Assembly (NCBI GenBank): GCA_951406725.2
Contig: OX597819.1
Location: 18,042,001-18,106,000 of the forward strand
Direction of reading: 5' to 3'
DNA length: 64,000 bases
Source: Octopus vulgaris
Lineage: Eukaryota
Shown here: in pieces, positions 1 through 14,472 of the stretch
How positions within the stretch are numbered: position 1 is the stretch's first letter
Layout: every line of letters starts with the position of its first letter
Program-made: the position numbers and the translations under genes
Notes under the pieces: model-generated
Seen by the model: only the letters and a program-made list of their open reading frames with translations
What the model was told of the DNA's origin: nothing
The model's database searches: none

Positions 1-544
1 TGTAGTGCAGTTAGTCAAAGTAAAGTAGAGGAAGAATATGAACATAACGATTTCTAGAAGACAGATATTTTTTCTTATCCAGAAATATAGTTTTACTAAT
101 GGTTAACACATAAAAGAGACGAAAGTAACAATTTGTTTTGAAATATCATATTAATATGACATAAGGTTGACATCTCGTGCGTTGTATACTCACCCACGTC
201 TTTGTGACAGAGCAACTTCAAAGGAATAACCGATAAGTGTTTCCAAAGATAAAATGTACGATATAGTTATGAAATATCGATTTCTTAATTCCATTATGTA
301 GCATCCGTTAAAGTTAAGCTGTAGCAGAATCAGGAAGTAGTGGTGTTAATGACCTATCTGCAGGACATTCCTCACTCAAACTGTAATCTACACTTAACAA
401 AATATTTCAAGTGATCGCTTCTTTTCTTCCATTCCTTCCCAAACAGGCAGGACTAAGCCTTTAGATAATGTGTCACATCGAGACCGTCGCAGCCGATGCA
501 CGAGAAGAGACTATTGATTTCACAATGCCAGCAAGTGGGGGTGG

Positions 545-725
545 GGAAAGGGACTAGTGGATTACATCGACCACAGTGCTCAGCTAATACTTATTTTATC
601 GACCCCGAAGGGATGGAATGTAAAGTCGACCTCTTCCGGATTTGAACTTAAAACATAAAGGCGGACGGAGAGCAGCCAAGCATGTTGCCCGGCGTGCTAA
701 CGATCCTGCCGTCCGACTGCCTTAA
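545..725 (-). mobile_element. tRNA-head SINE, family A (degenerate copy)
   Basis: Reverse complement aligns by eye to the copies at 16290-16530 and 17645-17865 (gcagGATCGTTAGCACGCCGGGC...GAGGTCGACTTTACATTCCATCCCTTCGGGGTCGATAAAATAAGTA...GTCGATGTAATC). Confidence 0.75.
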
Positions 726-1011
726 TACTCGAGATAGTATTAAAATTCTGTTAGTCATATTTAGTTGGGAAATAATTTGAAGATAAGAGAAAATATATGG
801 TGAAGGTTTTGATTTTTATGGTTGAAATGTTTTATAGACAACGAGTGAAAAAGAAAATGGTGAATCGTAACTATTAGAGGCACAGGAGCGGCTATAATTT
901 TAATAGGTGACAAAAAGATTTCGTAAACTGTCTGAAGTGTCTTCATGAATTAAGGTATCATATAGGTGGCTACATTTTTACGCTGGAAAACAGATGGTAA
1001 AGACAGTTTAA

Positions 1012-1028
1012 GCAACAACAACAACAGC

Positions 1029-1107
<79 letters not shown>

Positions 1108-1116
1108 GTAGTAGTA
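1012..1116. repeat. (AAC)/(AAT)n microsatellite
   Basis: Direct trinucleotide run; explains the poly-N and poly-I ORFs. Confidence 0.95.
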
Positions 1117-1409
1117 ACATTATTGAAAATAATTGTTGTCTTCAAGGAAGCCAACACATAGAATTTGGAGGATGGAAGGAGAAAATAGCTAATAAATAGA
1201 CAAATATATATATATAGATAAATAAATAAAAACTTATTTGGAAAAATGTTTATAAAATACCATGATAGTACGGTGGCAAGAAATGCCTCTAAATTTCGAA
1301 GACACGATTGGACAAAATATTGAAGTGGAAAAAAGAAAAAAACTGAAGTGTTTGACAAAGGCGCGGTGTTACATTGCTACGGCAGACTAAATTTTCCCAA
1401 CTCTCTCTC

Positions 1410-1470
1410 TTTTACTCTCTTTTACTTGTTTCAGTCATTTGACTGTGGCCATGCTGGGGCACCGCCTTTA
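1410..1470 (-). mobile_element. 3' tail fragment of SINE family B or its partner LINE
   Basis: tttacttgtttcagtcatttgactgtggccatgctggggcaccgcctttag matches the tail of the copy at 7181-7599. Confidence 0.75.
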
Positions 1471-2569
1471 GAGAAACTATGATAAATAAATCACGGGGCA
1501 GAATATATTCTCTCTACATGTTTGTCCATAAGGGCAGCAATTTTGAGGTAAGGTGAAAATTGATTGCATCGACTTGATTGGAATTTATTTAATCGATCTC
1601 GAAGTTACGAAAGCCAAAGTCGATCTCGGTACAGTTTGAAGACAGACCAAAGGAAAGAACCGGAAGAAATGCCACGAAACATTTTGTCCAGAACTCTAAT
1701 GATTCAATAAATAAACAATAATAAATGATAACTCCTAAACATTGTAATTGCCAAAAGACATCTCCAAAGGAAAACGATAGAATGAAGGTGTTATTACATG
1801 TGAAATTCTGAAGAGGTGTTATAAACCCATATCGAAGACTCGGGGAAGGAAGTACAACGTTTAGTTTAATATTGTTATTGCCATCAATGGCCTTATGACG
1901 ATAAATGCCTTTCGACCAAACATTTAATGACGCAGAAAGCTTCGCAAGTGATTCATTTCTGTATATTTTTTCTAGTTTCCTTTGACTAATGCAATACATG
2001 CTTATGAAGAAGGAACGAGCGACATCATAGACAAGTCTAAACTGAATTGTTACTAACCAGAATAAGTGAATTCAAATTTTGTGATCGATGTAGGGCTTGA
2101 TCGAAATTTATCAGAGAGTCCGAACAAATAGATGCCTTCAATGTTGACACCGCCAGTTCCTGGTATAAAACATAGAATCTTAAACGAAAACCCGAGGCCG
2201 GAATGTCTTATATCGAATTCTCGAAGACCTCCAGCCCGACTCCTCGTGACTCCGACTCCGAAAAAAATTGGAAATGATTTCAAATTTCTCGTTTACGTTT
2301 TGTCTCTTAGAGTAATAACTCGAAAAAAAGTATGCATTTCAAATTTTGTTAATTAATGTTAGTAATTAAATGAGAAATTATCCAGGTAAGCGGCGTTGTT
2401 CTTGTTTTGGTTACACCTAAAATATGTAGGTGTGTTTACGTGACTACAGCATATCGTTAACGTTGGGTAAACATGACAAGATATTTAATTTGATATCTTT
2501 CGCTGTGTACAAATAGGCTTTATATTGTTCTCATGCATCGCAAGAGCTTATAAAAGATTTCTCAAACAT

Positions 2570-3016
<447 letters not shown>

Positions 3017-3189
3017 TTTCCGAAATCTAAACCGCATATAACATCTCATCCAAAATATCTCATAACACCGATGTTTATCAACAGCAGGAACAATTCAATC
3101 AATATATGTTTCACGAGTCGCTCAGTATTTCTCAGTAATTCTCTCTCTCTCTTCGAATGTAGAATATTTCGTTCCTTTCAGCCACCGCA

Positions 3190-3822
3190 ACCTCCCTATT
3201 CTCTTTGACCCTTTTTTCTCTACTCACTCTTTTAACTCTCTCTCCCCCATCTGACCCTCCTTCCTTCCATCAACCCCTCCTCTCCTCTCCCCATTCCTTC
3301 TAAACCTTAATCCTTCCATTTTCTCTCTTTCAACTGTTGTTTCCTCTCCTCCACGCTTACTCTCTTTCAACTCTACTTCAACTCACCAACCCACCCCTTC
3401 ACGTGCTATACTCCCAACCTGCTCCCCCTCTCTCCTTTTATCCCCTCTCCACTTTCTCCTCACTGACTCTCTTCCCTACCTTTCTCTCCTCCCCTTTCAC
3501 CCCTCTCTCTCTCTCTCTTTCAATCCACTTTTCCTCTCACTTTCACCTTGTCTTAACCTACTCCGCCCTCTCAACCTACCCCCTTTCCTCTCATTACCTT
3601 CTCTTAACCACTTACTCTCCTCTCCTCTCCCTCCTTCACTTGCTCTCCCCTCTCAACTTACTCTACCTTCTCTTCTCTCTTTACCCCCACATACACTATT
3701 TTACTCTCCACCACGTTCTCATCCCTTCACTTTCTCCGTTTAACTCCCCTCGTTCTTCCCTCGTGCCAACTTTATTCCTTAGCTGTCTCTGCCTGTCTGT
3801 CTTTCTGTCTCTCTCTCTCCCC
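3190..3822. repeat. CT-rich (polypyrimidine) low-complexity tract
   Basis: Plus strand is almost entirely C/T; decayed (CT)n. Confidence 0.85.
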
Positions 3823-4342
3823 ATTTACGAACCAATCCCACATGTAGTCACAACCCAGAACGAAACAAAATACGTAGCGCAATTCAGATGTCGAGAAACT
3901 GGAAGTGTTCCCACATAGAATCATTCTAGTTAATCCGTGGTACTAAATACCATGGATTTATTAGATCTTGAGATCAAATAGAGCGAAAACGAGTGAGATC
4001 ATAAATATATATATATATATATATATACGTGCGCGTGTATTTCAGTGTGTGTATAATGTGTGTGAAGACGTGTATGAGATTAGATAAACTTGACATCATT
4101 CTGAAAAAATGGTGATGTTCCAAGTGAAACCCTTCACACAAACAGCATGTACAAATTCGCGAGTACCAAGCGAAAAGCGCAATAAAGGAGACAATATTAG
4201 GCCCTAACTTCGTTTCTCAGAACATTGCTGAAGACAAAGGAACCGTTGAAGTGTCTACAATCAATGAAAAAAGAAAAGGAACTGCCTTCGTGCATCCAAG
4301 CTCAGGCAGAGGGGACATTCCGATATGAGAAAATAAACATTT

Positions 4343-4735
4343 GTAGGTGCAGGCGTGGTTGTGTGGGTGCTTGTGTGACTGTGTTGTGAGGAGATTGCTT
4401 CCCAACAACAGGATTGCGTGCAGGTCCACTTCCAGTGCGTCGCACCTTAGGCAAATGTATTCAACTAAAAGCAACCAAAGCCTTGTCAGTGGAAATAGTA
4501 GAGAGAAACAAACTAAATGAAGCCTGTCAAATAATATATGTGTGTGTGTGTATTTGTCCCAAATCTCCGCTTGGCAACGATGTTTACGTCAGCGTAACGT
4601 AGTGATTAGACAAAGGAGACTGGTAGAGTAAGTACCTTGCTGTAAAAAAAATATGTTTTGGGGAGCGCTTTGGTAGATTAAATCCCTAAAAGAAGTGCCC
4701 CACAAATGGCTGCAGTCCAATGACTAAAACAAGTA
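4343..4735 (+). mobile_element. tRNA-head SINE, family B (diverged)
   Basis: Head taggtgcaggcgtggttgtgtgg; core gcaccttaggcaaatgt...accaaagccttgtcagtgga; tail atggctgcagtccaatgactaaaacaagta. Confidence 0.7.
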
Positions 4736-5510
4736 TAATTATACATACATACCTACATACATACATGCATACATACATACATACATACATACATACATAC
4801 ATACATACATACATACATACATACAAACATACATACATGCATGCATAAATACATACATGCATATATACATACATACATACATACATACATACATACATAC
4901 AAACATACATACATTCATACATACCTACCTACCTACATACATAAATACATATATACACACATACATACATACATATATATATATATTTATATATATATGT
5001 GCAAGTGTATTTCAGTGTGTCGGTAATGTGTGTGTATGTATGTGTGTGTGCACGTGTCTGTGTGTATGTGTGCGTGTATCTGTGTGTGAAGTGTGTGGCC
5101 AAGTAAATATAGCTGTGAGAGCAGGTCAAATCATAAAATAATGTTCAAAATTCAACGCAAGACAGAACCATTGTGTTAAAATTAGATTTTAAAAATACGT
5201 AACAGTAAAAACTTTTTTTTAAAAATTCATTAAAAATAATGAAATTATTAGTTTCTTAATTATGTAATTTAAACTTTGTATATTTTTGAAAGTCAAAATG
5301 TCCTGTAATAATGTTTTCATTATTGAATACACATAACGTTACTTTTAGTATGATGTTATGCAAATATTTTGAAAAATAAAAAATAAAATCCATACAAACA
5401 TGTTCTGTTGAGAAAACTTTCAGCCAAAGGCGTTTTTATATTCCTTTTCGCTTTGAAGGTGTTTGTGTGCAAGTGAAGTTCTGACGTAGGCGGTTATTGC
5501 TCCATTTGGC

Positions 5511-5568
<58 letters not shown>

Positions 5569-5595
5569 CACACACACATATATATATATATATAT

Positions 5596-5638
<43 letters not shown>

Positions 5639-5661
5639 CATACATACACATATATATATAT

Positions 5662-5692
<31 letters not shown>

Positions 5693-5929
5693 CACGTATA
5701 TATATACACTCACACGCACGCATGTATGAGTATCTATGTACGTGTGACTGTTTGTGTACATACATATATTTATTTATATGTGTGCATGTATACATGCGCG
5801 CACACGCATATATATATATATTTATATATATACTTTACACATGTATAGACATATATATATACACACACATATAACAAGTATATATATATATGTACACATA
5901 CATATATTACATATATGTATACACATGTA

Positions 5930-5974
<45 letters not shown>

Positions 5975-7139
5975 TAGGAATATATATATACCAATATTTA
6001 TGCATGTGTAAATATTTTTGTGTGAGTATAGGTGTGTATGGGGGTTGTGTGAGAGAAGTAGAGAGAGAGAGAGTGAGAGAGAGAGAGAGAGAGAGAGCGT
6101 GGGAGAGAGAATTCGCAGAAATACATTACACACACAATGAGTCTCGTTATTATGATCGTCGTCCATGGCAACGCTATCGATCTGTATTGTATGGCAAACT
6201 ATTGCACGCAGGTTACATTGGTAGCGTAACTGCTCGATCAAAGCAATCTGACTCGTTTATCGGAGCTGTGATTCATTACAGATCTTTTATAATTAGCCTG
6301 ATCATTTATTGGATCTATAAACTTGACAGTCCAACAACACATCTTATCAATTATCCTGCCCTCTCTATACACAAAACACACACAAAAAAAACATCAGTTG
6401 TTTTCTGGCCATTTGTTTTTCTTTGTTGTTTTGTTTAAAACCCCTATTGTTTCCATTTTACTCAATGACGCTTTTTAAAGTTTATATATTCTTTTGGAGT
6501 GTTTTGGTGCATTTTTCCTTTTTTTTTCTAAATGTTCACCAATGAAGTCAGTTTATGATAGAACATATTTTCTCGGTCTTTTTGTCTTCACTCTTTCTTT
6601 TTCTCTCTCTCTATCCACTCAGTTCTCTCTCTCTCCCTCCCTCTATCTATCTATCTATCTATCTCTCTTGAACATATATCTCTATCTCTCTCTTCGGTAT
6701 AAACACGTCATTTCTTTTTTCTGTATATTTGCTAAAATTCACCATTGCCACTACTAACCTAATCATCATGGAAATAATAAATATTGATCAATACAACCAA
6801 TTCCCTGCTAGAAAGAGCAGCGTAAACTCCCTTAAATAATATCGTATCTTTTCCAAAACTATAGCTGAAACGTGAATAAAGTATTTCTAGAAATTCTGTG
6901 AGTGAAACGAATATTTCTTTTGTTCCTGCACGTGATTCAGGCACAACATTGGATGGATATGATCGCTTACAGCTTGTCAAAGGCTGAAGTAGATCACATC
7001 AAAATCGCAACTAATTTGATCTCTTTTTGCCCCACTGCTAAGCTTCACAACATAAATACAGACACATCCTAAATAACAGATGGTCCCACGGATGCATTCA
7101 TGTGCATACATACAAAGACCATTACAGAGGTAAATCATA

Positions 7140-7177
<38 letters not shown>

Positions 7178-7180
7178 TAT

Positions 7181-7599
7181 TCTTTTACTCTTACTCTTTT
7201 ACTTATTTCAGTCATTTGACTGCGGCCATGCTGGAGCACCGCCTTTAGTCGAGCAAATCGAACCCGGGACTTATTCTTTGTAAGCCCAGTACTTATTCTA
7301 TCGGTCTCTTTTGCCGAACCGCTAAGTGACGGGGACGTAAACACACCAGCATCGGTTGTCAAGCAATGCTAGGGGAACAAACACAGACACACAAACACAA
7401 ACACATACACACACATACTTATATATACATATATACAACAGGCTTCTTTCAGTTTCCGTCTACGAAATCGACTCACAAGGCTTTGGTCGGCCCGGGGCTA
7501 GAGCAGAAGACACTTGCTCAAGATGCCACGCAGTGAGACTGAACCCGGAACCATGTAGTTGGTTAGCAAGCTACTTACCACACAGCCACTCCTGCGCCT
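7181..7599 (-). mobile_element. tRNA-head SINE, family B, full length
   Basis: Minus strand reads AGGCGCAGGAGTGGCTGTGTGGTAAG (A box) ... CCGGGTTCAGTCTCAC (B-box-like), an internal (TG)n, and the tail GGTGCTCCAGCATGGCCGCAGTCAAATGACTGAAAT followed by AAAAGAGT repeats. Homologous copies occur elsewhere in the window. Confidence 0.9.
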
Positions 7600-7607
7600 A
7601 TATACAT

Positions 7608-7647
7608 ATAGGCGACCCCGATTATAATTATGTATATAATTATAGAA

Positions 7648-7689
<42 letters not shown>

Positions 7690-7730
7690 TTCTATAATTA
7701 TATACATAATTATAATCAGGGGTCAGCTAT
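7608..7730. repeat. palindrome centred on a (TA)n run
   Basis: gaccccgattataattatgtatataattatagaatattta-(TA)n-taaatattctataattatatacataattataatcaggggtc. Confidence 0.85.
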
Positions 7731-7887
7731 AATTGCTTCGCCACGCACCAAATTTGAAATAGACGCTAAATGGTTATTTTAACGTACTGACTACTTGGTA
7801 AAATTATTAATCATTAACTAATTAATTGATAAATTAACGAATTAATTTTACCCTTTTATAATGATATATATACATATATCTGTCTGT

Positions 7888-7971
<84 letters not shown>

Positions 7972-7973
<2 letters not shown>

Positions 7974-8375
7974 TGTACAGCGAACTCACCACGGGATCCC
8001 GACCCAAGGGACGTCCACAGCTACGATATAGGGACATGTGCAAGCGCGACCTGAGGACTGCCAACATCTGTGTGGACACGTGGGAGGAAACAGCTGCTGA
8101 CCGCTCTGCCTGGCGTCGGACGGTGAGGAAAGGCGTTTCCATGGCTGAGGAGAGGAGAGCACAGCTGTTGTTGGACAGGCGGGACAGGAGGAGGACAACT
8201 GCAGCAACACCCCACACGTACCCATCGATGTTCGTGTGCAGCAACTGTACCAAGGACTGCCACTCTAGAATTGGACTGTTCAGTCACAGCAGACGCTGCA
8301 CATCATCAAAGTAGGCCCCACCCTTGGGGCAACCCATTGTCTATCAAGACAGACGGGGATAAAGAAGATAAAGAA
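7972..8375 (+). mobile_element. RTE-clade (BovB-like) LINE, 3' terminal fragment
   Basis: Open frame LYSELTTGSRPKGRPQLRYRDMCKRDL...WEETAADRSAWRRTV...FVCSNCTKDCHSRIGLFSHSRRC*, typical of the RTE C-terminus; short 3' UTR ending in GATAAAGAA repeats; flanked by (TA)n. Confidence 0.85.
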
Positions 8376-9072
8376 TATATATATATATAAAAATTTATAT
8401 GTATGTATTTATATATATGTCTATCAATATCTAGTGTCCTTTTCATATTCATGTATACCGAGAAGGATGATGATATAAATAAACAAATGAAGCTTCTTGA
8501 GTTAGATACGTTAAATATTCATACATATATACATATAAATAGAGATAGCTATCTCTCCTCCCTGAAGAGGGAAGCTGGATTTACTTAATTTTTACATGCT
8601 TCAATTGCGCGCTGCATATACGTAACGTTTTGCGAACTACAGCTACCAATACAATGACGTCATTCCGAGGCCCCAGTAATATCTGTTGGACTTGTGATAC
8701 CTTGCAATCACCTTTAAGATTGTTTTTTGCCCTTTTATTCTGTTAATATATGAATATCTATATATTTATTCATTAATGTTCATAACCTATATTCAGTCTT
8801 TGATTTCTCGCAATGTATGTATGTATATTCTATATATCCATCTATCCCAAGCGGTTGTATTTCTTTATTTACATTTTTATCTCCATACCTGCTCACATGG
8901 ATCCCTCTTATAGCCACTGTTTACACCGCGGACTTAATCCTCCTTTAAGGTTTTGGAGTGTATGCTCAAATCCCTTGAACGCTACTGTTTTCTCTGGATC
9001 TCATTCGTTGACTTTGTTCATATACATATACATACATACAACAAACGCACACATAACAATACACGCACCTAC

Positions 9073-9112
<40 letters not shown>

Positions 9113-9149
9113 TGAGAGATGCGGGTGCCCATGGATGTATTTGTACGTT

Positions 9150-11050
9150 TGGCTTTCCACTTGGTCAATTAGTTTCTTTCACATGGCTTTAAATGTGGTT
9201 TTAGAAATTGAATTTCTTTCCGTAGCATGCATTTGATCCTGACCAACTCCGGATTTGGTGAATGCAATGGAATTCTGAACGAGAACACGAATCTACCTAC
9301 GTCAACAGCCTCAATTTTGTCCGTAATTTACTTCTGTCTTCTTCTTTAGTGCGTATTGCAATTTGCGAAGAGCTAAGTCACTTGAGGTTAAGTAATAGAT
9401 ATTTGTGATACTTATGTGTGAAAAAATTATTAAACCATGAATGACAATGATTCGTTTCAATATGTTAACTATGGCTGTTGCAACCGAGGAATTCCTTCTC
9501 CGCACGTCGAACTAATTCATGCATGCACGAAGTGTAACGGAAAATGTATTATCCCAGGAATAATGCAAGCACCGTTTAAACGTAATCCTTCCCAATTTTG
9601 AGTTGGATGTTACCTTTAAGGATTCTGTGCTTTGGGGACTGATTTGATTCTGCATGCATAATTCGCAAGCGTTGCATATCATTTTAATATCCGCATTGAC
9701 GTTTGGTTGCCCCATCTATGGGTAACACAGGCAATAAAAGTAGCGTTATAGAATATTTGACATTTTAAGAGATACTAGTCGCACTCCTCTGATTCATTAA
9801 TCTTCGTTTCTGCCTTTCGGAGAATAATATACAGAAGAAGTTTCACTATATTCTAATGTTGATATCATATCAATTTACCCTTAAAATCATATAAACAACG
9901 TAACCGTCTCATGATGAACCAAAACGTGACTCGCAACACTTTCAAGTTCTCATTAGGAAATCTACCCATAATGCAACATTGCCAATCAATTTGTAGCTCC
10001 GTCACCTCCCCAATATAAGCTTTCAATGTCACCGATGTTTCTTGTTTATCATTCTCAATATACACTTTTCTATTTTGAAGTTTCTTAAATCCTTCACTGG
10101 GATCAGAGCTCTGATATCTCGAGAAAATCACATGCAAATAAACCTGCACCACCTAGTGTATATATATGACACACAATTGTATACAGTTCAAACATTTATT
10201 TCTCTTTGTCCTCACTACCTAAGCCATGCAACCGTAATTATCAACATGTATCTTATTTACTCTCGTCTTTCTGTCATCCTGCCTTTATACCAGATTGCCT
10301 TCTTCAGTCTTCTCACAGCCGACAGTATGCTCTACACTTTTGAATAAAAAATATTTTTAAAAAAATTATATATTTAAACGATGCATAGAGGAAAATGGGA
10401 GGCACTACTTTAGTGATAACATTCAAGTCTATTTGTCATGTCTCCTCTGAATGTTCTTGGAAATAATTTTGTGGATCACACAATTTTGTCTGATAATTCA
10501 AGAGTTTTCTCCAACTCCACGGTTCTCTTTTTCTCTGATATTACTTCTCTTTCACCTCGTTGCTAGTCTGTCTGTTTGATGTCCAATGGTCTTGCCTAAA
10601 TGTTTTTTCTGCATTATTTTGCAAATTTTGTGAGGTAATAACAGAAGGCTTCGTCTTCTATCCAATCCCTAAAGCAATGAAAACCCGTTCAAGAATCCCG
10701 TAAGATGAAATGTGAATATGTTTCTCAATTAGATGTTATAATTGGCCAAATGGTTTCACTTTCGCTCTCTTATCTGTTAGACCTCGAAGAATTTCCTAAT
10801 TTTTTACGGCAATAATTTTTAATAAAAATATGGCTCTATGCTTAATATTGCCTTCTACATATTTGGAAGAAAGATAAAACTTAGATTAACTCATATACTC
10901 CTTTCAAGCCTTTCTTCCACTTCTTTATGGATCCAGCTATATTCAACAAAGGAATTGGAACTAAAAAAATCTCAGCTTAGAATTCGCAATCTACTCTGTG
11001 AAATTACTTTCAAACAATGCTTTCCGACATAGTGTAATGTTGTAAACACG
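9150..11050 (-). mobile_element. highly decayed Gypsy-like LTR retrotransposon remnant
   Basis: Fragmentary translations resemble the gag N-terminus (KEYMS*SKFYLSSKYVEGNIKHRAIFL, ~10830-10910), the integrase zinc finger (PNVNADIKMICNACELCMQNQ, ~9645-9710) and the integrase core (LALRKLQYALKK). No LTRs identified. Confidence 0.4.
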
Positions 11051-11243
11051 GTAAAATGGATATTTGGAGTTGAAGGGTAATTATGTCATTATCCGTGTTT
11101 GAATATTTTGCTTAACTAAAATGATTCTTATTTGCGGTGACAGAAACAAATTTTGAACAATTTTCTTATAGCAATCTTATTTTAATGAAGTAAATCACGA
11201 TAAATCTAAACTTCTGCTCAAATCCTCCCTCAAGCCTACTAGC

Positions 11244-11245
<2 letters not shown>

Positions 11246-11321
<76 letters not shown>
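11246..11321. repeat. (TAA)n microsatellite
   Basis: Direct run. Confidence 0.95.
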
Positions 11322-11323
<2 letters not shown>

Positions 11324-11803
11324 TTTTGTCTTGGTATAAAAGATGGGCTACAGCAAATATTCTGCTCAATACCACAGATTTGCTTGTCAGTTGTTTGACC
11401 TTAACAAGTTGAGCATGTCCCTTAGTGGCTGACGATATGTGCATCTCTGATCACGAGCAGAAGTAGTGGGGGAGCATCATAGCCGTGTGCTGAGAAGGAT
11501 TCATTGGGGTTTGAATAATTCACCTCTGGAAACATGGGTGTGTCGTTCAACATCCTAAAGCAACCCTTATTCAGGGACCTTTTGAGCAGGATGGGCTACT
11601 CGACCTGAAGAAAATTCTAACTGGGCCCCACCTGCAAGGTCATGTGCTGTTTATCTTGATATGAGATCACCATGTCGCGCACATATGGTTGTGATGCATG
11701 TGCCTGGTGTACCCTTATCAGACGGGTAGTCATGATGGGTATACTGGGCTTCGTATATTTACCCCAGTGTCACTTTGATGGCATGAACTGCTCTCTCACT
11801 CAA
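11322..11803 (+). mobile_element. non-coding interspersed element inserted in (TAA)n
   Basis: Bounded by (TAA)n on both sides. A diverged reverse-complement copy at 45595-46125 shares ctcaataccacagatttg, aattctaactggg, tttatcttgatatgagatcac and agtcatgatg.gtatactgggctt. Confidence 0.75.
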
Positions 11804-11805
11804 TG

Positions 11806-11880
<75 letters not shown>

Positions 11881-11882
<2 letters not shown>

Positions 11883-13204
11883 CGAAAAACATCAAAAATG
11901 CAATACGGTAGAGAATTACAGGTCGATATCCTGCTTGCCACTTATGTGGAAATTATTGTCTGGAATAATCGCAGAGTCAATTTACGGACATCTGCAAAAA
12001 AAAAAAAAGATGGAAATTAAACGAACGGAATAAGATCGAATCTATCAACACCTGGGTGGTTTCCCTACTTTTATATGGAGCAGGAGTATCCGTATGGGCA
12101 GTAGACAAACAAAAAAACTTAGACAGAAAGACAAGGAAGTTGCCAGCTAGATATGGGTCACTCTACTCAACAAGTGACACAAACAGACTGTATGTACCAA
12201 GAAAAAGAGGGGGGAGAGGACTTTTTGGATGCGAACACAGCATTAGAGCAGAGGAAAGCAACAAAGCATGGTATGTAAAAAATGCTACAGAACTGCTATT
12301 ATTAGAAGAAAGAAGGTCAGGTTTGTGTAGGATGAAGGATTGCAAAAATAAAGCACTATACAAGAAATTGAAAACGAATGAAACTGAAAATAGGTGGGTA
12401 AAGAAAAGAATGCATGGACAATTTCATAGGGATGTTGAAGATAAGACAGACAGAGAAAAAAGATGACTGTGAATGACTAAAAGTGATTTAAAACCGGAAA
12501 CGGATGCTCTAATCTGTTCTGCCCAAGAACAAGCATTAAGAACGAATTACATCATATAAAAATAAACAACATATCAGAAAGTGGTAAGTGCAGAATTTGT
12601 GGACAAAGGGGCGAAACCGTATGATATATTACCAGTGAATATACGCCACTAGCCCAGAAGGAATATTAGAGACGCCATAACAATATAGCAAGAATTGTCC
12701 TTTGGGCACTTTGCAACAAATATGTACTTGACAGAGCAAAAATGTGGTACGGACATAAACACGAAGGCATCATCGAAAATGATAATGCAGAGATCGTGAA
12801 GGATTTTTTGATTCAGTGCTATCATGAGGTAGAGAATAAGAAACCAGATATAGTCTGACTTGAGAAAGAAAGCAAACGATGCATGATCATTGATATAGAA
12901 TGCCCAGCTGACAACAAGGTATACGATAAGGAAGAAAGAAATGTCGATAAATATGACAGGTTAGCTTGGGAGGTTAAGCAGTTATGGTCACTAAACAGGT
13001 GGGAATAGTACCAATGGAATAGTATATGGAACAAGTAGGGGCTGCAATAAGGGTGGAGCATTTGCAGAAAACAGCACTGCTTGTACCCGCTCGAATACTC
13101 CGGATGATGCTCGAAAAATAAGAGGTGCTACCTTAGTTTACTGGTAGTGAACAGCTGGCACCTTAATACATCTCAAGTGTTAGAAGCTGTGCAAAGACAA
13201 TAAA

Positions 13205-13205
<1 letters not shown>
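11881..13205 (+). mobile_element. R4/Dong-clade (restriction-like endonuclease) non-LTR retrotransposon remnant, internally deleted
   Basis: [21 protein letters not shown] (early RT); RLYVPRKRGGRGL; KRMHGQF; KPETDALICSAQEQALRTNY; CRICG zinc knuckle; KPDIV...CMIIDIECPAD...KYDRL (PD..D endonuclease). Contains stops and frameshifts; embedded in (TAA)n. Confidence 0.85.
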
Positions 13206-13545
<340 letters not shown>

Positions 13546-14024
13546 AAAATTATTACTTTAGCTTAAGGAGAGAATTATAGTCGATTATATCAACTTCGTA
13601 GTTTGAGAAATTGTTTGGTGTAGTTCTGCATTGGTAAGAACTGGGATGTAATAGGCTCTTGAACTGAACCCAGCATTGAACTGTCAATTATGCCATTGAT
13701 TCTGGAATTTTGATAAACAATGGTAAACTATGAAGAACTTAAGAGGATTAGGGATTTTAAGAACGGTAACTAACAATATGAAAGCGTTTTCAGTGACGTT
13801 TATACATGTTTTATCTCACTGTGAGAGCCACCATCACAACCCCCCCCACACACACACACACTGCCATAACCACACCAACGGCAACATCACCACGATCAAC
13901 CTCCACCGGCACCACCGCCGCAACCACTATAAGGAGCATTTCCACAAAAACTGCAACCATCATTTTGTCCGGAACTGGACTGATTCTGCTATCTCGTGCC
14001 CTAAAATTAAAGTAAAACATTCCA

Positions 14025-14090
14025 ACAATATTAACATTAATAAGATTAGCAAGAACAACATTAATAACAAAAGCAACAACATTAACAACG

Positions 14091-14162
<72 letters not shown>

Positions 14163-14225
14163 GTAATAATGATAATAATAATAATGATGATGATGATGAT
14201 GATGCTGCTGATGATGATGATGATG

Positions 14226-14277
<52 letters not shown>

Positions 14278-14299
14278 TAAAAATAATAATAATAATAAC

Positions 14300-14361
<62 letters not shown>

Positions 14362-14472
14362 CAACAACAATAATAATAATACTACTACTACTACTACTAC
14401 TACTAATAATAATAATAATACTACTAATAATAATAATAATAACAATAACAATAATAATAATGATCATAATAA
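14025..14472. repeat. compound (AAT)/(GAT)/(ACT)n microsatellite
   Basis: Direct reading; explains the 260-aa poly-N ORF. Confidence 0.95.

Noticed and set aside
3922-3964. ~18-bp hairpin resembling a pre-miRNA
   Set aside because: Stem too short, 5-nt loop, and no recognisable mature miRNA.
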